Below the pieces are notes generated by a model. That model worked only from the letters and a program-made list of their open reading frames with translations. It was not told the origin of the DNA and did no database searches. Of a DNA stretch of 64,000 bases, positions 17,532 through 28,400 are shown piece after piece. Source of the DNA: a virus; the IMG/VR virus record IMGVR_UViG_3300035126_000631, positions 1-64,000 of that record, one strand, 5' to 3'. A program made the position numbers and the translations under genes. Each line of letters starts with the position of its first letter. Position 1 is the first letter of the stretch.

Positions 17532-17879
17532 GTGCAACCCGCATGGCAAATCGCAAAACAATGGCACGAGAAATACATCCCAGAGCAGCCGTTTTCGGAA
17601 GCTGTCGTGAACTGTCTGAAAGAGGGAGTTCTCTACTCTTCTCCGGAGATTTTTGTGTGCGGACGGGAAGTGCTTTGGGACGGGGAGACGGTCTACATGA
17701 GTAATCACCCTAACGCATGGTTTGTCCACATGGCCGCTTCGAGTGGTCACACCAATCCGGTCAGAGCCTTCATGCAGGCCGCGACAAAACCCCGTCGCTG
17801 GGTGTTGTGGCACCGTCGCAACGAAGACCGTCTCCGTATTTTTAAGTGGGAAACTCTAGCTAGGAAGGTGGGTCTCTAA
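17532..17879 (+). CDS. GNAT-like small protein preceding the internal virion genes
   Basis: AWFVHMAA motif; position equivalent to the acetyltransferase-like gene before podovirus ejection proteins; GTG start. Confidence 0.45.
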   Translation: MQPAWQIAKQWHEKYIPEQPFSEAVVNCLKEGVLYSSPEIFVCGREVLWDGETVYMSNHPNAWFVHMAASSGHTNPVRAFMQAATKPRRWVLWHRRNEDRLRIFKWETLARKVGL

Positions 17880-20242
17880 TGGGTAATAAAAGCAGCGCAC
17901 CGGCATACCCCAAAGCCGAGATCAACCGTCTAGCGGATCAATACGTCCGCGACCAGCAAGCCGACGTAGGCCCATACCTCAAAGCCATCTCAAACTTTGG
18001 CGATCGGCTCACCAAAAAAGTCGACGACCTTGTCGAGAAAGGTGCGACCAAACTCGATGCTGAAGAGACGGCTTTACTCGGTCGCCTCGATGACTTCAAC
18101 CAACGACTTGTCGAGTTCCAAGCGACCGAGAACACGGAACTCCTCAAGGATCTCGGGGATATCACCGGAGACTTCCGCTCGGCGATGTCCCTCTTGGATG
18201 AGACCGACCGCAAGGAATTCTCGACGGCGCTGAAAAACTTTGAAGAACGTGGAGCCGAGCTTGTCAAAACCTACGACGCACGGGCGACCGCGGAATCTGA
18301 ACGCGGCTTCACTGACAGTCAGAGCGTTCTTGATAAATACGAGGAGGAACGCAAAGCCGACATCGCCAAGACAAAAGGTGAAGAGCTTTCGACGATTACC
18401 AAATATGGGACTGACTCAAAATCACTAGCTGACGAATTTCAGAGGAGTGCTGATGGGTTCCTAAAAAGCTCTTTAGATGAGGCCGACCAAAGAGCGAAAG
18501 ACAGTAAAGACATCACGGGTCGCTTCGACTCTGAGACAAAGGCGCTGACCGACGAGCTTCGTAAAGACTCACTCAGCAACATCGAGCGCAATACCACCGA
18601 AAGGAAATCACTAGCGGATACTTTCCTGTCGATGTCGGGGACTTCTACTTCCGACTACAATCGCCGCTTGGAGGAAGCCCTCAGTCTTTCACCGGAACGC
18701 CTAGCGGAGTTTACCCAAGCGGCCGACTTCATCTCCAAAGCCGCCCTCCAGACCCGGATGGATATGCTGGCTACGGCAGATCCCCGCGCCTTGGAGCTTT
18801 CAGCCATTGCCGACGAAAATGCTGCGGCGCTGATGAGTGGCCGGATCTCGGCCGATGTGCAGGCAAATCTCGCTCGTTCGTCTGCGATGCGTGCTTTGCA
18901 GGGCGGCTTCGGCGCGGGCAGTGAAATGGGTCGTGGCTTGTCGGCACGCGACCTGGGACTGACCTCCTTGGACCTGATGAAGCAAGGCTCGGAGCTAAAC
19001 GACGCGCAGCGTCGATTGAACTACGCGACAAGAGTTGAAGGAGTAGCTAGAGACGCGGGGGCCAATGCGGGTCAATTTCTCGCCAACGACCAGACGCTTC
19101 GGCGCAACCAAGCCGCCGATCTTCTCAGTGCGGAGACCGATCGGAATCGGACTTTCTTTGATGTGAGCGAGCGTGGGCTGGCCAATGAATTGGCGGAAAG
19201 AAATCGCGCTGCGTTAAACTACGCCGACCAAAGCCGGATGTCTTTGACCGACCGGCAAAGGGCTGAACTCGATCAACTCAACAAAGTTGGCGACACGCGA
19301 CAGGCCGCATTCTTACAAGGACGGCAGGACGCACGCGGGGTCTTTGATTATCTGGGCCGCTCCCAAGATCTGATGCTTGGATCCAACCTGGCCGCGATCC
19401 GCTATGGTGCAGAGCGCACCGACAATACTCTCAACACCGCGCTGGCAGGGAATCTCGCCAACATCAACACGCGGACAACGCAGAATCTCGGCATCGCCCG
19501 CGATGTTTTTGCGGGTGAGAGTGATATCAACCGATTGGGCTTTGCCGCCGGTCAAGACAACTTGGCCCAGCGCACCCGCCGACAAGCCGACAATCTGACG
19601 AACATCTGGGACCGCGACTTCCAAGCGCGGCTTGGTGTTTACAATACCAATGTCGGAACTGGGCGTTCGCTCTACGGCACAAATGTCCAAGCGGCCGGGA
19701 ATATTTACAACACTAGCGCCGGGTTTATCCAAAATATGACTGGCAACCAGATCAATACGGCTGGAAATGTCTACCAAGGTGACACCCGTGCTCGGGAGAA
19801 CGCTTTCAATACAATGGCGCAAGTCCGCGGATCGGCGATGGGCACCAAGATAAATGCGGCACAAAAGGGCTGGGAAGTCGATCAAGCCAACTGGGCATCG
19901 GGGAAAAATAGCGACAACGCGATGTGGGGGAGCCTTGTAAACATGGGGGCCACGATTGCCGGGGGAGTCATCGGGACGGCGGCTGGCGGCAACACTATGG
20001 CTGGTTTGCAAATCGGCAGCACTCTTGGTGGCATCGCCAGCAGTGGGATTAGCGGAGGCTCTGGATCGGGCGGAGGCAGTGGATCCAGTGGTGGCGGCAA
20101 TCCGTTCAGCACGATGGGGATGTTTACCAGCGCGTTGGGGGGAATGGGCAAGACCACCGGCTTCGACAATCAGTGGGGGATGTATGGTCGCAACACAAAA
20201 GGATTCGGTAACTTCGACTACGGATCAGGAACAGGAGCTTAA
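17879..20242 (+). CDS. internal virion (ejection) protein
   Basis: MG start, long helical/coiled region, Gly-rich hydrophobic C-terminus, no Cys seen. Confidence 0.65.
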   Translation: MGNKSSAPAYPKAEINRLADQYVRDQQADVGPYLKAISNFGDRLTKKVDDLVEKGATKLDAEETALLGRLDDFNQRLVEFQATENTELLKDLGDITGDFRSAMSLLDETDRKEFSTALKNFEERGAELVKTYDARATAESERGFTDSQSVLDKYEEERKADIAKTKGEELSTITKYGTDSKSLADEFQRSADGFLKSSLDEADQRAKDSKDITGRFDSETKALTDELRKDSLSNIERNTTERKSLADTFLSMSGTSTSDYNRRLEEALSLSPERLAEFTQAADFISKAALQTRMDMLATADPRALELSAIADENAAALMSGRISADVQANLARSSAMRALQGGFGAGSEMGRGLSARDLGLTSLDLMKQGSELNDAQRRLNYATRVEGVARDAGANAGQFLANDQTLRRNQAADLLSAETDRNRTFFDVSERGLANELAERNRAALNYADQSRMSLTDRQRAELDQLNKVGDTRQAAFLQGRQDARGVFDYLGRSQDLMLGSNLAAIRYGAERTDNTLNTALAGNLANINTRTTQNLGIARDVFAGESDINRLGFAAGQDNLAQRTRRQADNLTNIWDRDFQARLGVYNTNVGTGRSLYGTNVQAAGNIYNTSAGFIQNMTGNQINTAGNVYQGDTRARENAFNTMAQVRGSAMGTKINAAQKGWEVDQANWASGKNSDNAMWGSLVNMGATIAGGVIGTAAGGNTMAGLQIGSTLGGIASSGISGGSGSGGGSGSSGGGNPFSTMGMFTSALGGMGKTTGFDNQWGMYGRNTKGFGNFDYGSGTGA

Positions 20243-20244
20243 CC

Positions 20245-20730
20245 ATGCTTACATCAGTCCTATCTCCCATTAGCATTGCCACTCCAGACACCGCGCCCCC
20301 TTGGGGCTGGAACCCGGCAGCGACGTTTCTGACTGCGTATAACACGCAAGCACAAGCGCGCCGCGATCAGGAAAAGTTTAACATGGCCATGCAGTTGGAA
20401 AGAATTCTTCTTCCAGCCAAAGCGGCTCAAGCCGAGTTCACCCTCAATCAACTCGCCTACGAGACGGAGAACATGGCGAACTCCTATCGTCTGCAAAACG
20501 AAATGGTCAACGAGCGCCGACGCATCATCAGAACTGGCGGCTCCGGTGCCAGCAGCAATGTTGCGGGGAACGGTGGTTCTTCGAATCAGGCTCCTGCTCA
20601 AGATGAGGATCCGACTAGCTTCAATTTGACGGGCACTAGTTATGACCGGAAGCCGGCCGCTCAATCGCAGCCGCAGACGAGTAGTCAGCCGATGGCTAAG
20701 AAGAAAGTGGTAGACTTAACAGGGGTCTAA
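20245..20730 (+). CDS. internal virion protein
   Basis: Q/A/N-rich, no Cys, in the ejectosome cluster. Confidence 0.5.
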   Translation: MLTSVLSPISIATPDTAPPWGWNPAATFLTAYNTQAQARRDQEKFNMAMQLERILLPAKAAQAEFTLNQLAYETENMANSYRLQNEMVNERRRIIRTGGSGASSNVAGNGGSSNQAPAQDEDPTSFNLTGTSYDRKPAAQSQPQTSSQPMAKKKVVDLTGV

Positions 20731-20734
20731 TAAC

Positions 20735-22414
20735 ATGGCTTTCGATATCACAAATCCGGCTACTTACAGCAAAGACTTCAAAAACCTTCTGCGGCAGAAG
20801 GGTTATGCTGGGAAGAAGGATGTCCCTGTCGAGGAACTGGAAGCTCTCTATGTGGACTACAGCGGAAAGCAGGAGCAGGACACCAAGGTAGCAACCAATC
20901 TGCTTTCGAGTGTGGCGGCAGATCCCGCGCCATATACCGGCGCAATGGCCAGCCAAGATACGTTTCAAGGCGATCAATCTTTCGACCTAACGCAGATAAA
21001 CAACCAGGGCGGAAGCGGTCCGATTTTCTCGACGGTTCAAGCGGTCGATGAGCAAGAAGCCTTGAGGAGACAACAGGCGGAGCAAGCTGCCGCGCAACCT
21101 GACCCGAACGACCAGTTTCGGATGGTGGTGCAGGATCGTATTCTCCCCGCGATTGATGCGATCAAGCAGAAAAGATCGTCGGCAGCCGGCATCAAGAATA
21201 CGTGGGAGCGGAAGATGCAGCAGGACAGTGTGGACCAGCTTGCCGCCACGAGGATCAATGACCTCGTAGCCAGCGGTCTCATCAACTCACAGGATGCTGG
21301 GTTGATTATGAAAAGAGCCGACGAATCCAAAGGTCTGACTTACGAAGAGTCTTTGCGCGGATTCCTCTTTGACCGAATGAACCCGCAGCAACAGACCGAG
21401 GCGGGGGTCTCCGTAGATCCGGAAACGGCCGAGGCTTTGAAGGTCGCTGTGGATGTTTACAAGACGGCTGAAAGTGCAGCCGAATTACGCGCAGACGACC
21501 CGGCTGCTAGGCGTGCTGCTGATGACGCCTACAGAACGGTGCAGAATGTTAAGAAGAAAGCGGGTTTGTCAGTCGAGGTCAATCCCGTCGAAGACTATAA
21601 AACAGTGTTGCGAGATGTGAAGTTCTTGCAGAATGCACAGAATGACGACACCCCGAGGGTGACCTTAAATGACCAAGTCATCGAAGAAGGTAGCTATGGT
21701 GACGCTTTACTCGGGTTGCAAACAAAGCTCGGAACAATAATGGCGTCTCCTGAATTTAGAGAAAAATTACCCGTAATTGATAGGAGAACCTTTGAAACCC
21801 CCGAAGACTACCAAGCCGCGATTCGGAAAGCGGGGCAACTCTACCTAGACGAAAACGGGCAAGTGGTGACCCCAGATATTTTTGCGGAGAAAGAAAAGAA
21901 AGCCCGCTTTACTACTTTTAAGCCAAAGGAAAATGAACCTGTTCCTTCTACTCCGACGGCAGAGCAGCCGGCAAACAATCTCTCTAGAGCGAATAAGAAC
22001 TTAATCCGCCGAATGATTCAAGAGGGCAAAGATTCGACAAATACCAACTTCAAACCCACTCCCGAAATGATCGCCTCGGTCCGGGAAGAGATGAATGAGG
22101 AGCAGATCGAAAGTGCTCTACGTAGTCTTTATGCCGGCAACTCATGGGCCAATAAGATCGGCTTCCGAAATCCGACGATTAAAGACGAAGATATGAGCGG
22201 CGTGCTCGGCCGGACCGAAGATCCCGAAGCAGCCAAGTTCCTCAGTGAAATCGATCCAGAGGTGGTTAAACAAGTCTACGAAAAAGCCGATCGACTCCAA
22301 GGATTCAGTGCTCGCGGGTTAAAGAATGAGGACGGCACATGGAGCCAGAAAGTCGACACCCCCGATAAGGTGCTGTCGCGTATCAGAGCATTAGCATCGA
22401 AGCGTGGTAAGTGA
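20735..22414 (+). CDS. internal virion protein
   Basis: 559 aa, helical, no Cys seen, between ejection genes. Confidence 0.55.
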   Translation: MAFDITNPATYSKDFKNLLRQKGYAGKKDVPVEELEALYVDYSGKQEQDTKVATNLLSSVAADPAPYTGAMASQDTFQGDQSFDLTQINNQGGSGPIFSTVQAVDEQEALRRQQAEQAAAQPDPNDQFRMVVQDRILPAIDAIKQKRSSAAGIKNTWERKMQQDSVDQLAATRINDLVASGLINSQDAGLIMKRADESKGLTYEESLRGFLFDRMNPQQQTEAGVSVDPETAEALKVAVDVYKTAESAAELRADDPAARRAADDAYRTVQNVKKKAGLSVEVNPVEDYKTVLRDVKFLQNAQNDDTPRVTLNDQVIEEGSYGDALLGLQTKLGTIMASPEFREKLPVIDRRTFETPEDYQAAIRKAGQLYLDENGQVVTPDIFAEKEKKARFTTFKPKENEPVPSTPTAEQPANNLSRANKNLIRRMIQEGKDSTNTNFKPTPEMIASVREEMNEEQIESALRSLYAGNSWANKIGFRNPTIKDEDMSGVLGRTEDPEAAKFLSEIDPEVVKQVYEKADRLQGFSARGLKNEDGTWSQKVDTPDKVLSRIRALASKRGK

Positions 22415-22425
22415 TACCTTGACCG

Positions 22426-25400
22426 ATGGCTTGGTATGATGACCCAGAAGAAGTCCGTCGCGTCACCGCAGAAGCTCTCGGACTCGGACTAGAGGATCCG
22501 GAATCCGCGGAGGAACCCGACCTCGGACCGCGGCTCAGTCTCAATACGGTCGCCCCTGATGAGTCTCGTGCGGTTGAGGTGACCGAGAAGAAATGGTGGG
22601 AAGATCCGGATGCCGTCGAGGCGGCGATGCGGGAAGCGGGTGTTGCTGTGGCTGCTCCGATGCGGTCGAAACGGTCATTGACTGGAGAAATTGGCGCTGG
22701 ATTGGAACGAGGCACAGACCAGACCCAGGGGCTTCTTTATGGATTCAGCGGACTTCTTGGGCAGGCTATCGGGGTTGAAGAATTGGAGCAGTTTGGTTTG
22801 GAGAATTATGCCCGCAAGATGGAGGAGGCAGCGGAGAACCAAGCCTCGATCCAAGATCCGACCGAGGACATCGACGGGCTAGGGGACTTCGGTCTTTATG
22901 CGGCTGGGATAATAAGTGAGCAACTCCCGCAGCTTTTAATTTCTCTCGGTGGTGCAGGCTTGGGTGGGGCTGCGGCCAAAACAGCAGCCCAGCGCATCAT
23001 CGCCAACGAAGTCGCCAAGCGCACGGCGGCAGGCATGGCCAAGAATGAAGCGGCAAAAGAAGTCGCGCAGCTTGTCGCACAGAACGCGCTGACCGCAGCC
23101 GGAACCGCCGCCAAGCGCGGGGCGGTCGGCGGGGCTTACTTGGCCAACTTCGGCCAGATCGCTGGCGGGAGTTTCGGGCAGATGGCACAGGAATTGGGTG
23201 AGGGTAATGCCGCGCAAGCGGCAGCATTTGCCGCGCCTGGAGCCGCACTCGACACGCTCGGGGAAGTCTTTGTCGCTGGAAAGTTTTTGAAGCCCCTCTC
23301 TCAAGCGCAACGTGCAGCCGTGGAAGGCGTGAAGCCTTTGACCCTCGGCCGCATCGGGGGAGGTCTTGCCGGTGGGGCGGCAAGTGGATCTGCTGTGGAG
23401 GGGCCGACTGAGTATATCCAAACCGGATTGGAGCAAGCGGCCCTCGGATCGGCAGACCCGAATCGCACGGTGGGGGATGTCGTTATGACGCCGGAAGCCG
23501 AACGTGAGCGTCAGATCGCCGCGGCGGCTGGTGCCACGGTCGGCGGTCTTCTCGGCGGTGCGGGTGGTGTGGTCGAAGTGGCGTTCTCCCCGCGGACGAC
23601 CGAGGCGCTCCGGACAAAGAGGCAGCAACAGCAGACCGGAAGCGAATTGCCGCCCGAGCAAAGCCAAGAGCAGGAGCAACAGCAAGAAGCCCCCGCTGAT
23701 GAAGAGTGGTCGGAGCCAATTACGATCCAGAGCCGCAACGAGGAATATAACAATCTCGAATACCGCCAGAACAAGGCGGGTCAGGTGTGGGCGTTCAATG
23801 TGCCAGAGGTGAGCCGCTTCGGAGCATTTGCCATCCCGACCAAATACGGCCAAGGCGTTCTGCTTAATCCTGCGTTCGAAGGTGCTTCGGATATCCGCAG
23901 CGAAGTGAAGGCCAAGCTCGCGGAGATGGCCGATCCAGAGGCGTTCAAGGCACCGCCCGTCACACCGCCGAAGAAGGTCGAGGAGAACCTCGAAGATGCG
24001 GATCTGGTGGAGGGTGAAGAAGTTGCCTCCAACGCCGAGGAGCTTGCCGCTGCGGCCGAGCGCCGCCGTTTACGTGACCAAGAAATTTTGACCCGCGACT
24101 TGGAGTCCGCGGCGGCGACCTTGGCCCGCCCGCAAGAGGATGCCAAGGGCTTCGTCGACAATCTCAAGGAAGGCGACCAAGTCAGTGTGCTGACCGAGGA
24201 CGGCGAAGGTAATGCCTTCGCGATCCCGATGACGTTCGTGCGGCTGAATCAAAACGGCCAAGCCCAACTCCGCAGTGAGCCGGATGAGGATAACAAAGTC
24301 GCCACCCGGCTTTACGATGCAGATGAGTTCAACCGGATCACGACACGTCCGGCCGAGCAAGTGGCTCCCGCCGCCGCGACTACCGGAACTGGCATTAAGG
24401 TGTCGCCGCTAACCGCGCCGATCCGTCCTGCTGCCGAAGGTGAGCAGTTGAGTGAGGCCGAGCGGGCGCAGAATCTTCTCTACTTCAAAGATGTCGAGGG
24501 TTCGAAGATCGATGACAATCTTTGGATCAACTCGGCGCGTGAACTCGGCGTGCCGATCACGCCGGAGACGACGGGTGCAATCGCCGAGCAGGAGATCCGC
24601 AACCGCTTCGGTGTCGAGCGCACTACGACCAAGCAGGATGATCCGGCGAGCCAAGTGCTCATGGACGCTCTCGGGCCGAACCCGACCAGACAGAAGCTCG
24701 AATCGATGACGGGCACGCGCTGGACGGGCAAGGGGAGCAAGTTCACCTGGATGTTGCCGGATAAGCTCGGCGGCAAAGGCATCCCAGTCACGACACGACT
24801 TTTCAATCGTAAGGCTCCGGCCGAGGCGTTGCCGATACCGCAGCGTTCGACGACCCGTGGATTCAAGCCCGAGGAGCAGGGCGGCACGGCTCCGGCTGCA
24901 CCGGACATCCAGACCACAGGACCGGACCTCATTGCCAAGAGCAGCGCGGAATTTGTCGGTGTCCGCAAGGGCGAGAAAAACGAACTTGTCTCTGCCCGTC
25001 CGACCCGCGGGCAGGACAACGCGACTTATCTCCAAGAGGTCGATACCGCTGCCGACACGACGATCCGGCAGATGAACTATCTTGGACAGCCCGTGCTGGT
25101 CACACCGGAGACGGCGCAATCGCTGGCCGAGGCCAACCAATTCTGGACTGAACACGAGCAGCGGCAGAAAGCAGGCACGGCTAAAGTGGATCGCCAGCCC
25201 GTGCGCTTCTATACGCAAGAGCGTTCGGATAAAGACGGCAACCGCAACACTTTCATCACGGGCGTCACCTATGAAGGGCGCACGTATCGTGTCGGCAAGA
25301 CTCCGCAGGAATTTTCCGTAGATCGTGCGCTAACCCAGCGCGGAGCCAAGAGCCGACGCCGAGGCTTGGGGATCTACGATCCGATCCGTATCGCTTCGCC

Positions 25401-28400
25401 GTCCCGCATCGCACGAAGCGAGGCGGGTATGGCATCGGCCAAGACAGAAGCAGGGGATGGTCCGCTGACAGAAGCCCTTCGCGGTGTGCAGGGTCGTGCC
25501 GCGATCGCAGAACTCAATGATGCCGAGAATGCGGTCTATGGCTTCTTCGATGATAAGATCACCAGTCCGATCCTGAATATCCAAGATCCGGCCGTGACGA
25601 CCGAAGTGCGTGACACGGCGCTGGAAACAGCCAGGGGCAAGGTCGCGGCGGCATTCCTCAAAGCGAAGAAGGCCAACCCGAGCGAGAAGACCAAGGTGCT
25701 GCCCGGCCGTCAGCGCACGATCGGCGAAAAGGTCTCCGACAAACTCATCGCCTACCAAGAAGCCAAGCGAGGTCTCGCGATTCAGGCTTTGCGCGACAAG
25801 TTCCGCGGGCTGAGTGAGAAGGCGACCGCAGCCAAAGCCGCAGCCCGCGGAACAGGCGCGGGTAAGGCGCTCAAGATGTCGCCGCAGGGGGCGATGAACC
25901 TCATCACCCGTGCCCGTCGAGGGCAGAAGGCCGGCATCCCCGAGGCCAAGCGTGCAACCCGCGATGAGGCGCTCACTGCGTTGCAGGAACTCGTGGACTT
26001 CGGTGCGCTCGATCAAGAGAAGAAGGACGCGCAGATCAGGCGCATCCTCGATAAGGCCGAGAAGTTCTCCGAGGTCGATCGCGACTTCATGGCCGAGCAG
26101 ATCATCTCGGAGTTGGCCGAAGCGGATAAAGCTCTTGCCACTCAGCAGGGGCGCAAGTATTCGCGCTCGACGGCCGAGGTTGCCCAAGATCGCCGCCTCG
26201 TCCTTTCCACTTTCAATCTCCTCAACGACTCCAGCATCCGCTCGCTCAATCCCTACAACATCGGCAATAGTGCCTTGAGCGCGGCCAAGCGCACGGCGAC
26301 CCGCAAGGGTATGACCCGCGACGAGGTCAGCCTCGATGACGAGAACCAAGGGGCAGGCGATGAGGTGGCGCTAAAGGCCAGCCAGCCGGACGACAAGGGC
26401 CGGATCGATCAAGCCAAGCTGGCCGAGAGGGGCAAGCGGGTGGGCGTTGAGGACGCCGAGGGCGGGGAAATCGCACCGTTTACCAACAACATAGAGGAGG
26501 CTCTCAACCTGATGGACGAGTTGCCCGACTCTGACCGAGACCTTTTCCTGCGTTATGCCGGTATGGAGATTGAACGCCAAGCGGGCGAACGCAGTCAAAC
26601 TAACCAACCACTCTCAGAAGTCGACCGACTCTGGGCCGGAAGGATAAAATCATACCTCGATGGAAAAATTAACAGATCCCAGCTTGAATACTTCAGAAAC
26701 GAAGAGCGTCGACTCGTCGAACGCACCACTCCCAGAGCGACCCCCGCTGAACTTACGAACCTTCGCCGCGGCGTATCAAATGAGGCGGCACTTTCCGGAG
26801 TTGCTGAATCGCGTGCCGCCCGAACTCCGGACACGGCTCCAACAGGGCGAGCCGAGCGTGTTGTCGGATCTCCTGCGGACCCAGCCGGAACTGTTCAGGA
26901 ATCAACTGCTGGGCAGACTGGAGGACGAGGCGTTCAGCCAACTCCTCGCCGGACAAGAGCCGTCGCCGCAGCAGCCCAGCGAGACTTCGCCGGAGCCATC
27001 CTTGGCCTAGACGAGGCCGAGACCGCGGCTCTGCCGCAAGGGACAGTTGACCGCGTCTACCAGTCCTACCTTGCTACCTTTGATGGCGTCCTCGCGGAGC
27101 AGAGTAATAATCCCCTAACTGCATCCGCCGCACCCGCCGCCGACACGGTGACGGCCGACGGCAAGAAGATGTTCGAGCGGTTCGCCGCCGCACGCCTCAA
27201 TCCCAACCAGCAGCGTGCGGCCATCATCCGCAGCAACATGGCGCAAGCCTACCGCGCCGGACTCTTCGACGAAGATCCGGTCGTGTCGGCCATCAACAAG
27301 ATCGCCACCGACAAGACGCAGCCGATGAACCTCCGGCTCATGGCCAAGGAGTTCGTCAAGAATGCCAAGCGCGGCGTGCGCTTCGACCGCGTCGTCCTCG
27401 ACATCGGACGCTTCACCAAGCCGGGCAACAAGCAGACCACTTGGGCCGGACTCTTCAGCCTGACGCCCGAGGGCGCTCCGGTCGTCTCGATCAACCTGGA
27501 CAACCTCCACGACAAGAACAGCGTCCCGCTCACTTTCCTCCACGAACTCCAGCACGTCGTCATCCGCGACAAGGTGCGCCGCGCTATCCCGCTGACCCGC
27601 GCCGAGGAACAAGCCTTGGCCCGTCTGGAAGATCTCCGCAGCCAAGCGGTCATTGCCGCCGCCCGTCAGCAGGGCATTGAGGTCGGAGCCACACCGAACG
27701 TCAACGCGCTGGCCGAACGACTCTACGCCCTGACCGATCCGAATAGCACGCAGAGCGGAGCCGCCGTCGACAACCGCCGCCTCGCCGGACTGGTCAACTT
27801 GGAAGAGTTCGTCATCGAGATGATCGGCAACCCCGACATGGTGCGGTTGCTCTCTGAACTTGGGTTCGGTGAAGCCCGCACCGACGGCAAACGCTTCAGC
27901 CTGACCGGCGCTCTCCGCAATGCTTGGAACGCGGTCGTCGAACTTATCACCGGAGCTAAAGTTGACCCAACCAGTCCCTTGGCGATGGCGTTCAAGGATA
28001 GTTGGACGGTCAACTTCGGCACGGCTCGCAATCCTAACATCACCGAGATCAAAGCGAGCAAACGCCTGGCCGACCGCCAGCAGGCCCAGACAAGGCAGCA
28101 GTATGTCGAAGGCGAGATCGAAGCCCGCGATATGGCCGGAACGACCCGCGATCGCAACCGCATCATGCAGGAGATCACGGGTCCGGCCGACACGCAGACC
28201 GAAGCCATGCGTTCCTCGATGCTCGATGCCGCCCGCAACATGACCGAGGATCAGTGGGTCGCCGCAGCCCGCGCTCAAGGATTCGACTTCGTCGATCCCG
28301 GTGCCGTCTACCGCCAAGCCAGAGCAGAAGCGGTGCAAGCTGCACCGGAACAAGCTACAGGCGACACGGTTCAGGTTGCAGAGAGCCGTGCCGTAGCTCA

